DNA of 64,000 nucleotides. It comes from Takakia lepidozioides. Lineage: Eukaryota > Plantae > Bryophyta. The position numbers and the translations under genes are program-made. Where the stretch lies: contig CM060732.1 of assembly GCA_030704615.1 (NCBI GenBank), positions 71,052,001-71,116,000 on the forward strand, in the 5' to 3' direction. Each line of letters opens with the position of its first letter. The stretch's first letter is position 1. Below are positions 34,511 through 48,599 of the stretch, piece by piece. The notes beneath the pieces were generated by a model. It saw only the letters and a program-made list of their open reading frames with translations. It did not search any database and was not told where the DNA came from.

Positions 34511-37500
34511 TCCAAGCCTTCCATCAACCCAGAGGCCAAGAGAGCTTGCTTTGGTGCCAGTGGTGCAGGCTGTCTGTCAGATTTATACAAAACAAGAGCA
34601 TATCACATAAGAAGCACAATAACCAGTCCATACACAGTGAGGATTCCAGAAACTTCACATACATATAGGCAGGAATACAAAGAATAAACATAGGGTTTGT
34701 GATGTGATTGTGTTTGACATCCATCACGTTCTTGGGATATGCCAAACCAAGTCTGCAAATGGTGTGAAGTGACTGTAACGAGTCAAGATATGCAGTACAT
34801 GCCACACGGCAGGTGACCTGGATTTTGCATGGCAAGGGAAGATCTCACATGAAAATCAAAGCCTGAAACATGTGATCCAAGAAAAGTCTCCCATCTGTGA
34901 AGCAAACATTTGCAAGTTTGCCTGCATATACTAACCTAGCGTAAATGCTTTTTAACAAACTGTGGGCAAAACCTTACTTGTTGGAGACCAGAGGACTGGC
35001 TTCAGTGTTCAGCAGCCGTGGGCGCTCATGATGGGACCTTGGAGGTTCATACACTGGATCTGGGCAGTTACTACCAGGGCTGTGGTACTGGTCTGAGCCT
35101 CCCTTCAGCATGCTGCCCTCTGAAAGCTTTCTTAGTGAAGTCGTAGATGTTTGAGAGTGCACGTTCACTTTCTCCATCGATGAGATCGCCGAGAGCCTCA
35201 GATCACCCGAGCATTGGATTGCCAAGCGAGGTGTGTTTGGTGAAGTAGACCTGGATTTTATAGGGATGTTAGACTTCTGTGGACGAATCTAGCCTGGGTT
35301 CTTTGTTTGAATGAGAATGTCGCAGGAAGAATATCATTGAAACACAAGGACACCTTCCAAAGGCAAGTCACCTGGAGGTGCAGAGAACAAGTGGTGTTGC
35401 TGGACACCTCTTAAGTAGGAATCGGGCCTCCGTTTCTGGACCTGCATGTGATATCCATTGTTGAAAGCTCTAGTTTGTAAGAATATAAAAGTTCAAGAAC
35501 AATGTTATGGTCACGATGGCAGTGACAATTATGAACCCAGTTCACACAATTCCATACTTCGGCAAGCAAACAAATCAAGCCCCCTCAGGATGACTTTCTT
35601 TGCCAACAAAAACATGACCCCTAGGCTCCTGGCAAACCAGAACAGGCACCCCCAGCATATCTTCCCCTTTTGCTTTCCGTGGACGTTATAAAGTACCATT
35701 TCATCTCATTTCTCCTATTGGGATGAACTCCGGAGGGAGACCTGCAATTGGTCGAAGCGATTGAGGCCAAGTTTAGTAAGACCATTGAAGAACATACCAC
35801 CCAAGTGTGATCTAGTTCAGCAAAAGAAATACTGTTGAGGTTATTTGTTGGCTTCATGAACAGGTGGAATTAAAGGGGTGCTTGAAGGGCCTTCCCATTT
35901 TGGGAATTAGACTCCAGTGAAAACCAAAAGTAGGATGCTTACGTGTTAAAAACGAGCTAACCCAACTAGGACAAAGAGCAACAGGCCAACTTGGGGGTCT
36001 GATGTCAAAGAGCATACATTGACTGCCCAGTGCAGTAGACAATCTCCTGAATATTCCCACTTCCCATACATCAAAAGACTCACAGAATTGTGCAGTTTAA
36101 CAGGCTCAGATAAGGTCCAAAGCTCTGACTATCCTTGGCTCTAAAATTTGATGGTCCACAATTGCCTGTCCAACTTTAATATTAACACAAACTGTAACGG
36201 ACAGCATTGACGTACCATTCAAGGCCATGTGCAGCTGCAATATCTTCTGCTGCAGCTGTCTACAAAGCTGTGGTAGTAAGTTCCAAGAGGATCCCTGTCC
36301 ACTTCTTGAGACAACTGTGATAATACTGCTCGGATTTCCTGCAACCAATTGAACCAGGATTTTTGAGTTTGTACAATACAATACGAGATGAAGCTATTCT
36401 TCAGCCACACATTTCTTCCACAAGATAGGATCGCGAATTGCAATCTTTCTCAAGGCTCCCTGGAGTCATTGATGACATTGTGGCGGTAATGTGTGTTAAT
36501 TATAAATATATATTTTGTTTGAGGAGGGTTTGAAGGTTGAAGCTTCATTCGGCAGACCTTGCCAATCATAGACATCCATATTGAGAAAAAAGAGGGAAGA
36601 ATGTATACAAGAAGGGAATAACCTTAATCTCCATGATGATAGCTTGTAATCGCCATGACTTCAGTCGGCGCCGTACCCGTGCCCCCTCTGTCACTGCTTG
36701 AATTTTCCCCAATGACCAAACAAAAAGTTCTGCCATCCCAGTGAAACACGTCAACAATACATTTCCTCGAGCTCTGTTCAGCTTCAGCTACCCAAAGAGG
36801 CACTTCTACAAATCCTTTTGAATATTCAGGGTCTACCAAAACACCAGATAACAGTCTTGTTCAGAATTAGGTTGGGTAAGTGGTGTAAGGATTTCTGTGA
36901 TTGCAAATTATCTAAACTATTCAATGATATTTTGCTTGGATCTGAACTTGCTTATGAGACTGGGAGTCGTTACAATTGTTGTCTGATTGTCTTTTGCACC
37001 CTAATACATACACATATATATGTAGATATCCATACATATATATGTATGTATGAGGATCTTCTAATAAAGGGTGCTCAAAGGGGACGAGATATCCAGATAT
37101 CAGCTCGTATGTGTAGCTGAACAACAAATTTCTGAGTAGTATTATCATAAGTTAAACTATGAGATCTCTTTCCACTGCATACAATTTCTCTTACTGATTT
37201 CTTGAAACATACATATTACTTACCAAAAGACGGAGGCCTGAGACTTCTGGTCAGCTGCCTCCGCTTTACCAGGCTATAGTAATCCTGCACATAGCTTGTA
37301 AGTTGTTTTGGACTATTTCTTCAAACTTAGCTGTTCCTTCAGCATACTATGGTAGTCATTAGGCTGGGCATTTAGCAGGAATTACATCAATCAACAGTGA
37401 AGTCCAGAAGGAAATGAGACGATACCTTATAACGTCTGCGGATATAGGAATAATGTCAGCGGAAGAAAGCCTTTACAGGACGGAACTCTATTAGTCGCTC

Positions 37501-38199
37501 ACTTACCGAGGTAAAAGACACAGAAGCAAAAAGCTTCAAAAGACGGTCATTTTTGTGGTGAGGCAAGGAAGTATAGTTACATACCTTCACATCCTTGGGA
37601 AGCTGAGATACTGAAGGGAGCTGTTACTCCTCTTTCCGCCTCCTCAAGAACATGTGCCAGGCACATTGAATCACACCAGCTGCCTTTTGCTTTGACAAGT
37701 ACCGGTGCTTAACCAGATTCCCTTGCTGGATTGCCTGATACATAACATCAAGCTGTTGATCCCTGCTAATAACTGAAACCACAGGTGTGCTCAAATTTGG
37801 AAGACAACCCTATGGTTTTATAGGGCTGTTTAGCAAATGGGCACTATTGTTAGGCATCAAGACACACTCTCACACTCCCACACTCTAAAGCTTCAAGCCA
37901 GGTACAAGCACACAAGGAACCCATGCTTCCCCCACAAATGGACCTTTTCTGCAAAGCACATCAAGCTGATTCATGCCTGGACTCATTCCAACCACAAATT
38001 AAACTCAGTGATGAGTTCACTTTTCCACAGTTCAGACCTGCAAGAAATGTGAGGATCATTGTGCCTGAAAAGCCCCAAAACCAAGGGCTGACAGAGAAGC
38101 CCTGAGCACACTTATTGACACTTCAGGAGCACTAAAGACAATCAAGTTGTCCTTCTCGTGTGTAGTTTTCTTTCAAAAGATATTTACGACCCAGTAACA

Positions 38200-38800
38200 G
38201 CGATCATAATCGAATGTGAAGAGCCTGACTTAAAGCACTCGATCGGAATAAGGGGCTGATCTCTCATGCTTGACCCCAAACTTCTTGAAGGTGACCTCGA
38301 AATTTTTCGTCCACTCCAACCCGTGGTCTGTGAGCACCGAATTTGGTACCCCGTGGCGGTACTTGACCTGTTCTTCAAAGAAGCGAGCCGCCAATTTTGA
38401 GGTATGATCTGCTACTGCACTCACCTCTATCCACTTTGAAAAATGATCCACTGCGATTAACGCATATCTGTTGCCTTCACTCGAAACTGGCAGTGGCCCT
38501 GCTGTGTCCAACGCGATTCTATAGAATATATCCTCGATCGGTATGCTTTGTAGTTCTTTTGTCCCTGATCGTAATGGTGTGGCGTTCTTCGCAATTTGGC
38601 ATTTGATGCATGTGCGTAGCACCTGTCTGATGGTGTGGGTGCGGTTATGCCAAAAGAAACGTTTGCAGACCTCCATCTGCACCCTCCTGACCCCATAGTG
38701 TTCATTTCTTCATGTATCCCTCGAATTATGTCCTCTCTAACACTCTTGTCAGGTACCCACTTGTCGTTGAACATGAGCTTCCCTGCCACCAACTGATATC
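38200..38800 (-). mobile_element. Ty3/gypsy integrase remnant
   Basis: Zinc-binding region (RFFW...CIKCQ) followed by core motifs IALDTAGPLP, AVDHFSKWIE, RHGVPNSVLTDHG and SAPY; frameshifted. Confidence 0.9.
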
Positions 38801-41084
38801 CTGCTGTTCTTTTCCTGACTCGCTTTCAGGTTGCGGTGACCACCATCTAGGGTTTCGTAACCATTTTGTAGTTTCCTGAAGGAATGCGCTCATTGTGCAC
38901 AGAATGTATGTCATCTGGTTGAGCATGGCTAATAATCAACCAATGATAAGTTGGGTGCAAATGAATCTGAAGACAACTTCAATGAATACTACTTTCCTAT
39001 CCTCCAATCCTGTCTCACTTCTTGGAAGAGGAGGATTGAATGTACATGCAGAGTGGTCGCTGCCTGTTCCAGTTTACAGTAATGAAGTTGTTTGTGCCCC
39101 GTGGGCATCTCTGGTATGTGATCAAGAGCAGTCAGGCCATATTGCTCCTCCAAGTCTATACGCTTCGCTCTTCTCTGAGAAGAATACTTGCGCCAATGCC
39201 GCTGGATGCATGCTGCCGCATGATGCCTGCCCTCGGGTCCATTTAGCTGACCAAGAATATATCAAATTTAAGTCTTACAATACTGGTTTATGCTCAAGTC
39301 AAGTGAGTTTTGAGGCTAAGAACTTAGCCGAGCACATCCTCACTAGGTATTCACTCAAATATCAGTGAAAGAAATGGGGATCCTTTTCGAGAAAGTTGCT
39401 GCTGCAGATGAGTGCAGCTCAGTTGGCTATTTTGACAGAGCTGTTGCCATTCAAGTGGAAAATTATGAATCACTCAAACCTTTATCCAAATTAAGATGTG
39501 TTACAGTATGATGTAGCGTTAAGCTATTAGTAGAGACTGGAAGACTTGTACCATTGTATATTACAACCATTACTTACCTATAACAACAACACAACACAGT
39601 AGTCTCTTTCTTATTACTATGTCATTATGAAGTTTCTATCTCTCTATTTCTCTTTATCTCTCGCACTAGTCTGTTTGGTAAAAGACGTACCAGGTATGGG
39701 TTGCGCTCTAACAGCGCCAATGGGGAAGTGTCTTTGAGGGCCCACTGCGCCATCTCTGGGCACACCGCTTCTCGCCACCCAGAGTCTAATCCCCTCTGCA
39801 TGATAAAAAGGTCAGTTCTCATAGCCACCTCTGTTCTCTGTCTAAACCCCTCTGCGATAGAAATATCGGTTTCATACCACCATGTGCTCTCCATTGCAAA
39901 GGGACAGTGTGCGTACATCTGGGCTACTCAGACAGCAGAGGGACCCTCTCGTTATGCCATCCAAATGATGTTTAACCCTCGTAATATACCATCGTTCTGG
40001 TTCAAGCTCTCTGATTCAAGTAGGCCACTTACTAAGGCCTTCAGCCAAATCAACAGAATAATCCATAATAATCCATAATCAACCCAACCTGTGGTTATGC
40101 AAGGCCCCCAGACATCCCTGCAGAGGAGCCTTGGAAGATGAATATCTATTTCTCTCTTTCCCCCTTTATAAGGGAGTTTTTGTTCATCTACATTGTTTTG
40201 CCCCTTGTTGCGCCCGTGGAAGTTGTAAAGTTTCTAAATAGTCAATCTCTCACATAGGTGTTCCACTCCAAGGATCAGAAATGCTTGACAGCAATCTACA
40301 TGAGGCGAATCCATCTGCGCCACCCCTTTCGACTCGGGCACCACCCTTGCTGCCACTTACTATAGCTGTGAGTTTTGGGCCCCTGGCATCACTGTTCCCT
40401 GGTGGAGAAAAATCGGGAACCCCTGTAATCGTCTTTCCTCCGAGGAATGCTTGGGTCTAGAGGTAGGGATGACAGGATGGATAACGAACGTTTCTGATTT
40501 CAATGCCATTTGTACCAAGAAATCCGGGGGTGACACTATGTCTATGCCGATATAGCCCATACCTTGCAGAGGTGTTCCACTACCAGGATCAGATGAGGCA
40601 CTACATTTTGCTGTTGTTTTTGGGCTTGCTGTGGGCCTTACTTTTGTTCTTCTGTCCCATATGTTGTTCCCAGCACAAACTGGGCATAGCCGGTCCTCAC
40701 GTAGGTTTTCCCACCACGAGTCTCTCTATCTGCAGACTGTGGGAACCTACCCTAATGCGATAAGAAAGAATGAAATGGAAGTACACTTTATTACGTCTGT
40801 GGTCAAGGAGAATGAAGAACATTTCTTCTTTCACTGCCCTTTCTACTCAAGATCCGTGGAGATTCAATCATCTATTCTGTGATACCCAATCTCTAATGGA
40901 GGTCTTCCATTACAAGGATCAGAAATGCTTGGCAACTTGGCGTTCGCTCTCAGACAATCCCTTGAGCAATAGTTGCTTTTGGGCTGCTTCTGGCTCCACT
41001 CTGTCTTTTATTCTATCATCCCTTGGTCCTACTCTCATGAGAGACGCGCTCTTCAAATCCATCAAGGGAATTGTGTATGAACCT

Positions 41085-41345
41085 CTGTTTACCAACTTCA
41101 AAAGTCTCGAGGCTGAGCCAAAAGCCCAGGCCCTTTTGGGGTCTAGTTATGGGCAAACCACACACAGCAGACTGATGCTTGTGTGAAGAGATTTCTAGAG
41201 GATACCTGGAAAACTCGGACTAATAGTCTGTTCCAATGTGAGTCATACTACAGGCGGCAGCCCCTTGAAAAGGTAGTTTCTGTCCCTTTGCGTTCCGCTC
41301 AGTTTCGCGGGTCAATGGCCAACAACATCTTGTGAGTACATTCCT
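41085..41345 (+). mobile_element. Long copy of the dispersed retroposon 3'-end family
   Basis: Colinear with the reverse complement of 29625-29890. Confidence 0.7.
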
Positions 41346-41739
41346 TTATTCCCTTGAGCAGTAGTTGCTTTTGGGCTGCTTCTGGCTGTCTTTCTTTTTT
41401 GTTTCTTGCTTTCCTGTTGTCCCATAAGCTCTCTGAGCTTTCTGCGGACGTTATAAAGTTCCATTTCATTTCATTCTTCTTGTTTCCTGCTTTCCTTTTG
41501 TCCCATAAGCTATTTGAGCTTTCTGCAGACGTTATAAAGTTCCATTTCATTTCATTTCTCTCGAGCCTACACTATCAACTCCAATCCACTTTCATTGCTA
41601 AGATCAAGATTTCTCCCCGTGCCTTTTGGTTCCTTCTTAGCCCTCACAGAAACCCAATCCCCATCACAGACATCCACATTCGGCAAGAGTATGCTCAGGC
41701 ATTAAATAACTCTCCACACCAGCCTCCTCTTACGTTAAC

Positions 41740-43100
41740 TTTGATACCTCTGCACTTCTTCACCACATCCAATGTGAGCAAGGCGGCAAGAAATTGCACT
41801 GGACCTGTCAGGGCTTTAGAGTGGATTATGAAGCACGCGGCGGCAACTTTGGCCCCATTTATAGCACGTCTGTTCACAGAAGCAGTGCAGCATGCTGGAC
41901 AAAAAACATCATCCACCCCCTCTTCAAGAGTGGTGACAAGCTTGAACCGAACAATGCCCACACATTATGATTTCTTCATTACTGGCTAAATTGTTTGGGA
42001 AGTTGTGGCCATGGAACTGGATGATTGTACTGAAACCTCTCAGCTTTGTGCCGCGGGGCAGGCTTCATCCACCCTTGACCATATCACACTCTTCAAACTA
42101 TGGTAGAACAAGCAGGCTACGACAAAAAAATGGTAAATGCTTGCTCCGTGGCCTTCCCAAAAGCTTTCGATTCAGTCCCTCGGGCCCTGCTTCTTGAAAG
42201 GTTACGCAGGATGCAGGTCCCCCAAACATCATATGAGCCATTTTATGCATGTATGAGACCGTCATTGGTCAAGGTTTCAGGGGAGTTCTCCGCAGAGGTG
42301 CACAGCAACATTGCGGACAAATAGGGCTGCCCTCTCTCACCTACCCTATTTGGCATCTATATAGATGCATTGGAAGGACACATTGCCAAGAATAATGGAG
42401 TGGAGGTGCCTTTGGATGCAGGACCAACACCATTAGTACTTCTCTACGCTGACGATGCTGTTCAATTGGACAATCTCCTGTCTTCCTTCACCGACACCTT
42501 CACATCCTTGAGGACTTCTCCAAAGACTACGGGTTGCAGGTCAACCTAAGCAAACTTATGATCATGGTTTTCAATGGCCATGCCACCAGCAAGAGCTTGA
42601 AGTCATGAAATCATACCCATACCTGGGGTTGGTTATTTACTCACCCAATTTCAGTTTGCACCAACAGCTATGGACAGATAAGCTGCCTCCATACGCCTTC
42701 AGGCTAAATACAAACAAATACACCTGCGCCCTCCACCAACCCCCCTCCACCCCCACCAAAAAGAGGCTCTTCGACTCAGTTGTCACCCCTGCCACCACTT
42801 ATGGCTGTGAGTTCTGGGCACCTGGTGTCCCAGTTTCCTGGTGGGGGAAAAATCAAGAAACCACTGCAATCATCTTTCCTCCAAGGAATGCTCGGAGCTA
42901 GAGGGATAACACCATCACAAATTCTGTGTGCAGAATTTGCATGTGTCCCACTTCAACCGAGGCCATCTTCCGGCTTACAATCTTTCTTACAAGGTGTACA
43001 AGCCCTTCCACCCAAAGGGTTGGCAGCCTGGGACAACATCTATTAGGCTGGTTTCAAGCGCCACTATTGGTATGCTCGGGTGAGCGCAATGGACTCTCCA
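41740..43100 (+). mobile_element. Second non-LTR RT remnant (RTE-like)
   Basis: IHPLFKSGDK, FPKAFDSV, *GCPLSPTLFGIYID, LLYADD, YPYLG and YGCEFW across several frames. Confidence 0.85.
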
Positions 43101-44179
43101 TTGCTTCCCTACTGCCACAAAACATGATGGGGGCGGAAATTGCGTCCTAACAGGACCACAACAGATGCATCAGAAAAGAACTTATGGAACTGCATGTCAG
43201 GCAGACATGGAAACCAGGCACTCTAACGACAGAACTGTAAATCTATCGGGCGAAATTTTGATCCTGAGAGAGGAAGGACATTGCACCATGAGCGTGCGCA
43301 TGCTGCCGCCCTCTTTTCCTAAGCTGGACCCTCCCTCTCTAAGTTCTTCTTCCCCCTCTAGTCGGGAATGGATTTGGGGTGTATGCATGGACCTCTGGGC
43401 GCTAGGGCTGGGGTCATTCTCTGTTGCCCCTTCAACTGAATCCAGTCCAATTTCGCCATTCCTGTGCGTGCTTGCCTCCTCCGTTATGGTCCGAGCTGCT
43501 ACGCAGCCCAACTTTGAGAATTAGGGGCTTCCATTTCCTTTCTCTTCAAACTCTCTTGCAGAAGTACCGGCTGGTTGGACCCCAGAGGATCCTGGCCATC
43601 CTTTTTTTGAAGCACAGCCCTTCCCCCTCCACCAAATACATGGGCTTCGAGAAGACGATCCAAAAGCTGTGACACATCCTCTTCCAAGTGGCTAATTACA
43701 CCTATAACTACAACCCCATTGCTTCCTGGCAATGGTGCCCGTAAAGAACTGGTGACAGAAGACCCCGGCCCCGAGCGACCTGCTGCAGCAAAAGCATGAG
43801 AAATGACGAGGGTGGGAGCGAGATTGATGGAGAGTTGGATGTCGAGGGCGGGGGGTTCGAAGGGGAAGAGCGCCTGGTGGTAGAGTGAGGAGAAGCAGGC
43901 AATGGGAAAGAAAGTTGGGGTGGAGAGGAGGGTGGAGAGGACGCGGTTGAGGGCGGGGAAAGAGGGGTGGTTGCCAGTACACCTGCTGAGGCAGAGGGTG
44001 CTGAGGATGGGAAGGACAAAGACGGCGATGGATTGGGTCCCAAGGAATGGATATCAGGAAAGCTGAAGCATTACTATGATGAAGAGACAGGAGTGCATTA
44101 TGTACAATTTGTGAGGGGAGCATGGCCTCTGGACTTTCTAAAGGAGGAAAGGGTGGAAAGCTACGCAGAAAGGCTTGAG

Positions 44180-47100
44180 CATTTTCTGACCCCAGTCAAT
44201 GGTGGGACAATCGAGGCTAAAAGGTGAATGCCTGTTGGATTAAAGAGAGTAGCAGATGCAATTGAGCATGGGAACTAGTGTGATACGCTGAGTTGGGTGT
44301 TTCCTAGAACAAATTTAGGCTGTCATTGTCAGCTGCTAGCAGCAAGGCAAGGATGTATGCACGATCTGTGCAGAGGCATGGATAGCTGAAGGAGCAGGGA
44401 TAGAGTGTGGGTCCAGATTCCTCCAAGAGGGCCAGATTTCAAGCACAAGATTACCTATGATTCCCTGTGGATCAATAGCTACAAGAAACCTGCATGGGTA
44501 GATGGTCAACTGGTTGAGTGAACCTTTGATAGTTTGCAGTGTGTGTGCAAGCCTGGCAGCTCTGGAGAAGGGCAAAGAGGTCCATGGCGACATTGTCAGA
44601 GTTGCAATTGTACCACATGTCATTCTGAACAATACCCTCATGGACATGTATGAAGGGAGTGTTTGACAGTATGGCTGAACAAGATGTGGGTGTTGTGGAG
44701 TGCGATGATTGCAGGATATGCACAGCTACGGCGTGGGATGGAGGCTTTTGAGAACTATGACCAAATGATGTGCGAAGTGGAGAAACCCAACCACATCACA
44801 TTTGTTTGTTTTTGCAATGTGTGTGCAAGCCTGGGAGCTCTGGGAAAGGGGAAAGAGGTCCATGGTGACATCGTAAAAGCTGGAATTGTACCAGATGTCA
44901 TCATGAACACTGCCCTGGTGGACATGTTTGTCAAATGTGGGTGCATTCAGGATGCGAAGGGAGTTTTCCACACTCTGGCTGAATGAGATGTGGTGTCGTG
45001 GAACGCCATGCTTGCAGGGTATGCACAGCAGGGGCACGGGATGGAGGCTTTGGAGACCTATGAGCAAATAATTGGGGAAGGGTGAAGCCCGACCACATCA
45101 GGTTTGTGTGCGTTTGCAGTGCGTGTGCAAGCCTGGCAGCCCTGGAAAGGGCAAAGAGGTGCATGGTTGCATCGCCAAAGCTGGAATTGTACCAGATGTG
45201 ATTCCCTATGGATCAATAGCTACAAGAAACCTGCATGGTAGATGGTCAACTAAAGGCTGCAGCTGCAGCAACACAGTTCATGAAACCAGGCACCTCAACT
45301 ATGACCACAGCTTCTGAAAGAGGATCAAGAGAGGGAGTCCACAATGCCTCTTCTGGCACTTCTGGGCATGTGAAGATGCTTTGCGGCAGGCAGACTGACA
45401 GAGGCTAAAACCAAATGAGGCATTTCAGCAGATTGAGGTACGTATGTCTGTCCCTTGCTTAAGTGCAACAAGATGGAAGGTCTGGACGCTGGAAAGCAGG
45501 TGCACACTTACATTATCCAAAGTAGATGCACGTCAAATGTTTTTCTACTCAACACCCTTGTCTCCATGTATGTTAAGTGCGGGAGCATCATGGATGCTCA
45601 CCAAGTGTTCAATAGAATGCCTCAACGATCTTTGATCACGTGGAATATAATGTTGGCAGGAGTTACCAAGCATGGGTGTGGAAGGAATGCTTTGGAGACC
45701 TATGAGCAACTGCTGCGCGAAGGGGTGAAGCCCAACCACATCACGTTTGTTTGTGTTTGCAATGCGTGTGCAGGCTTGGGAGGTCTGGAAAAGGGGAAAG
45801 AGGTCCATGGTGACATCATCAAAGCTGGATTTGTACCAGATGTCATTCTGAACACTGCCCTGGTGGACCTGTATGCCAAATATGGGTGCAGCAAGCCTGA
45901 TGCGAGGGGAGGGTTCGACAATATGGCTGAACGAGATGTGGTGTTTTGGAATGCCATGATTGCAAGGTATGTGCAGCATGGGTATGGGGTTAAGGCTTTG
46001 GAAACCTAAGAGCAAATGATGTGGGAAGGGATGAAGCCAGACCAGGTCATGCTCATTTGTGTTTATAATATGCATATGCGAGCTTAGCAGCCCTGGGAAT
46101 GGTCAAAGAATGGTGACATTATCAAAGCTGGAATTGTACCAGATGTCATTTTGAACATTCCCCTGGTGTACATCTATGCTCACCAAGTGTTCAACAAAAT
46201 CCCTCAACGATCTTTGATCACGTGGAATATAATGTTGGCAGGATTTTCCAAGCATGGGTGTGGTAGGAATGCTTTGGAGACCTATGAGCAACTGCTGGCG
46301 AAGGGGTGAAGCCCAGCCACATCACGTTTGTTTGTGTTTGAAATGCGTGTGCAAGCTTGGGAGCTCTGGAAAAGGGGAAAGAGGTCCATGGTGACATCAT
46401 CAAAGCTGAATTTGTACCAGATGTCATTCTGAACGCCCTGGTGGACATGTATGCCAAATGTGGGTGCAGCAAGCCTGATGCGAAGGGAGAGTTCAACAAT
46501 ATGGATGAACGAGATGTGGTGTTTTGGAGTGCCATAATTGCAAGGTATGTGCAGCATGGGTATGGGATTATTGGAAACCTAAGAGCAAATGATGTGGGAA
46601 GGGATGAAGCCAGACCAGGTCATACTCATTTGTGTTTATAATATGCATATTCGAGCTTAGCAGCCCTGGGAATGGTCAAAGAGGTTCATGGTGACATTAT
46701 CAAAGCTGGGATTGTACCAGATGTCATTTTGAACATTCCCCTAGTGTACATCTATGCTCACCAAGTGTTCAACAGAATCCCTCAACGACCTTTGATCACG
46801 TGGAATATAATGTTGGCAGGATTTTACCAAGCATGGGTTGGTAGGAATGCTTTGGCGACCTATGAGCAAATGCTGCGCGAAGGGTTGAAGCCCAACCACA
46901 TTACATTTGTTTGTGTTTGCAATGCGTGTGCAAGCCTGGGAGCGTTCTGTTGTAGTGAATACTTTTCTGACCCCAGTCAACGGTGGGACAATCAAGGCAA
47001 AAAGGTGAATGTCTGTTGGATTACAGAGAGTAGAAGATGCAATTGAGCATAGGAACTAGTGTGATAAGTTGAGTTGGGTGTTTCCTAGAACAATTCGAGG

Positions 47101-47780
47101 CTTTCATTGTCAACTGCTAGCAGCAAGGCAAGGGTGAATGCATGATTTTGGCAGAGGCATGGATAGCTGAAGGAGCAGGGATAGAGTGTGGGTCCAGATT
47201 CATCAAAGAGGGCCGGACTTCAAGCTCCTATGATTCCCTGTGGATCAATAGCTACTAGCAACCTGCATGGATAGATGGTCAACTGGAAGCTGCAGCAGTA
47301 GCGGTGGAATTGATAAATCAGGCACTGCTAATGAAGGCACCTTCTTCAACACATTTCACCCTGTTTTTCCTTCTTATCAGAATCGACCCTAAATTTCCAT
47401 GTTGAATTGTGCATGTTAGGTGGTTGAGTGAACCTTTGATAGTTTGGAGTGACTTGACATGATACTGCCAATGTGACAACAGGAAAGTATCCAGAAACAG
47501 GTAACAGAGATGAGGAGAAGCTGTGGAATGAATACTTTTCTTACCCAATCAATGGTGGGACAATCAAGGCAAGAAGGTGAATGTTTGTCTGATTATAGAG
47601 ACTAGCAGATGCAATTGAGCATAGGAACTAGTGTGATAAGTTGAGTTGGGTGTTTCCTAGAATAAATCTAGGCTGTCAGCTGCTAGCAGCAAGGCAAGGA
47701 TGTATGCATGATTTGTGCATAGGCATGGATAGCTGAAGGAGCAGGGATAGATTGTGGGTCCAGATTCATCCAAGAGGGCC
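44180..47780 (+). repeat. Three copies of a ~250-330-bp segment interleaved with the PPR remnants
   Basis: GGTGGGACAATC..GCAATTGAG..GGAACTAGTGTGATA..CTGCTAGCAGCAAGGCAAGG at ~44180-44510, ~46960-47290 and ~47530-47780. Confidence 0.85.
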
Positions 47781-48190
47781 ATAAAGAGGTCCATGGTGAC
47801 ATCGTCAAAGCTGGAATTGTACCGGATGTCATTCTGAACACTGCCCTGGTGACATGTATGCCAAATGTGGGTGCATTAAGGATGCGAAGGGAGTTTTCAA
47901 CACTATCTGGTTCACCAAGATCAAGATGTGGTGTCATGGAACGCGATGCTTGTAGGGTATGCACAGCAGGCCGGACGTGGTATGAAGGCTGTGGAGACCT
48001 ATGATCAAATGATGGGGGAAGGGGTGAAGCCCGACCATATCACATTTGTGTGCATTTGCAATGCATGTGCAAGCCTGTCTAGCAAGGGCACAGAAGTCCA
48101 TGGCAACATTGTCAGAGCTGGAATTTTACCAAATGTCATTATGAACAATACCCTCGTGGACATGTACATGCAAAATGTGGGTGCACCCTA
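44530..48190 (+). pseudogene. Cluster of decayed, tandemly duplicated PLS-PPR segments
   Basis: Repeated KPNHITFVCVCNACA..GKEVHGDIIKAG.VPDVI.NTALVD.Y motifs with stops and frameshifts. ~575-bp internal duplication (45590/46170/46750). No E/DYW domain. Confidence 0.9.
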
Positions 48191-48599
48191 TCCTGCTGAT
48201 TTGTTATTGTGCTGGAACAGTAGTAAACGTAGAAAGACATGCATTTTACATCTGTTGCTATCTTCAGTGCATATGTAGTGTCCTTTGCACTTTGTCATAC
48301 TATTGTTTGAGGAGCAGATTTTGGGACTCCGGTGCTATATTGTAAATTTGACTGGTAGCAGTTTAAGAGAAGCTCTTACATCTATTGTTGTCTTTAGGTG
48401 CCTATGTTTTGTCTTTTGCACTTGCTGACTTTGTTCTTTCCTGTGATTCTTGCCTGTGAATAAAGCATTCATTTGCAGAGTCATTTTTTGTCTCTTTGTT
48501 CTTCCCTTTGTTCTTCTCTTTATTTAGTATTGAATAATACTAACCCTAATCTCTACTAACCCTAACGAGATAAGCATAGTCGCGGCTCTGATTGTCCAA

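Noticed and set aside
38895-40080. ORFs of 97-157 aa next to the integrase remnant
   Set aside because: No recognisable motif; left unassigned.
46947-46957. Third CACTA end (CTGTTGTAGTG)
   Set aside because: No subterminal repeats, and the paralogous copy at ~47521 reads CTGTGGAATG, so this is probably a chance variant.
48538-48566. Telomere-like TAACCCTAA x2 at the left edge of the CACTA fragment
   Set aside because: Two short units are too little to call an interstitial telomere or healing site.
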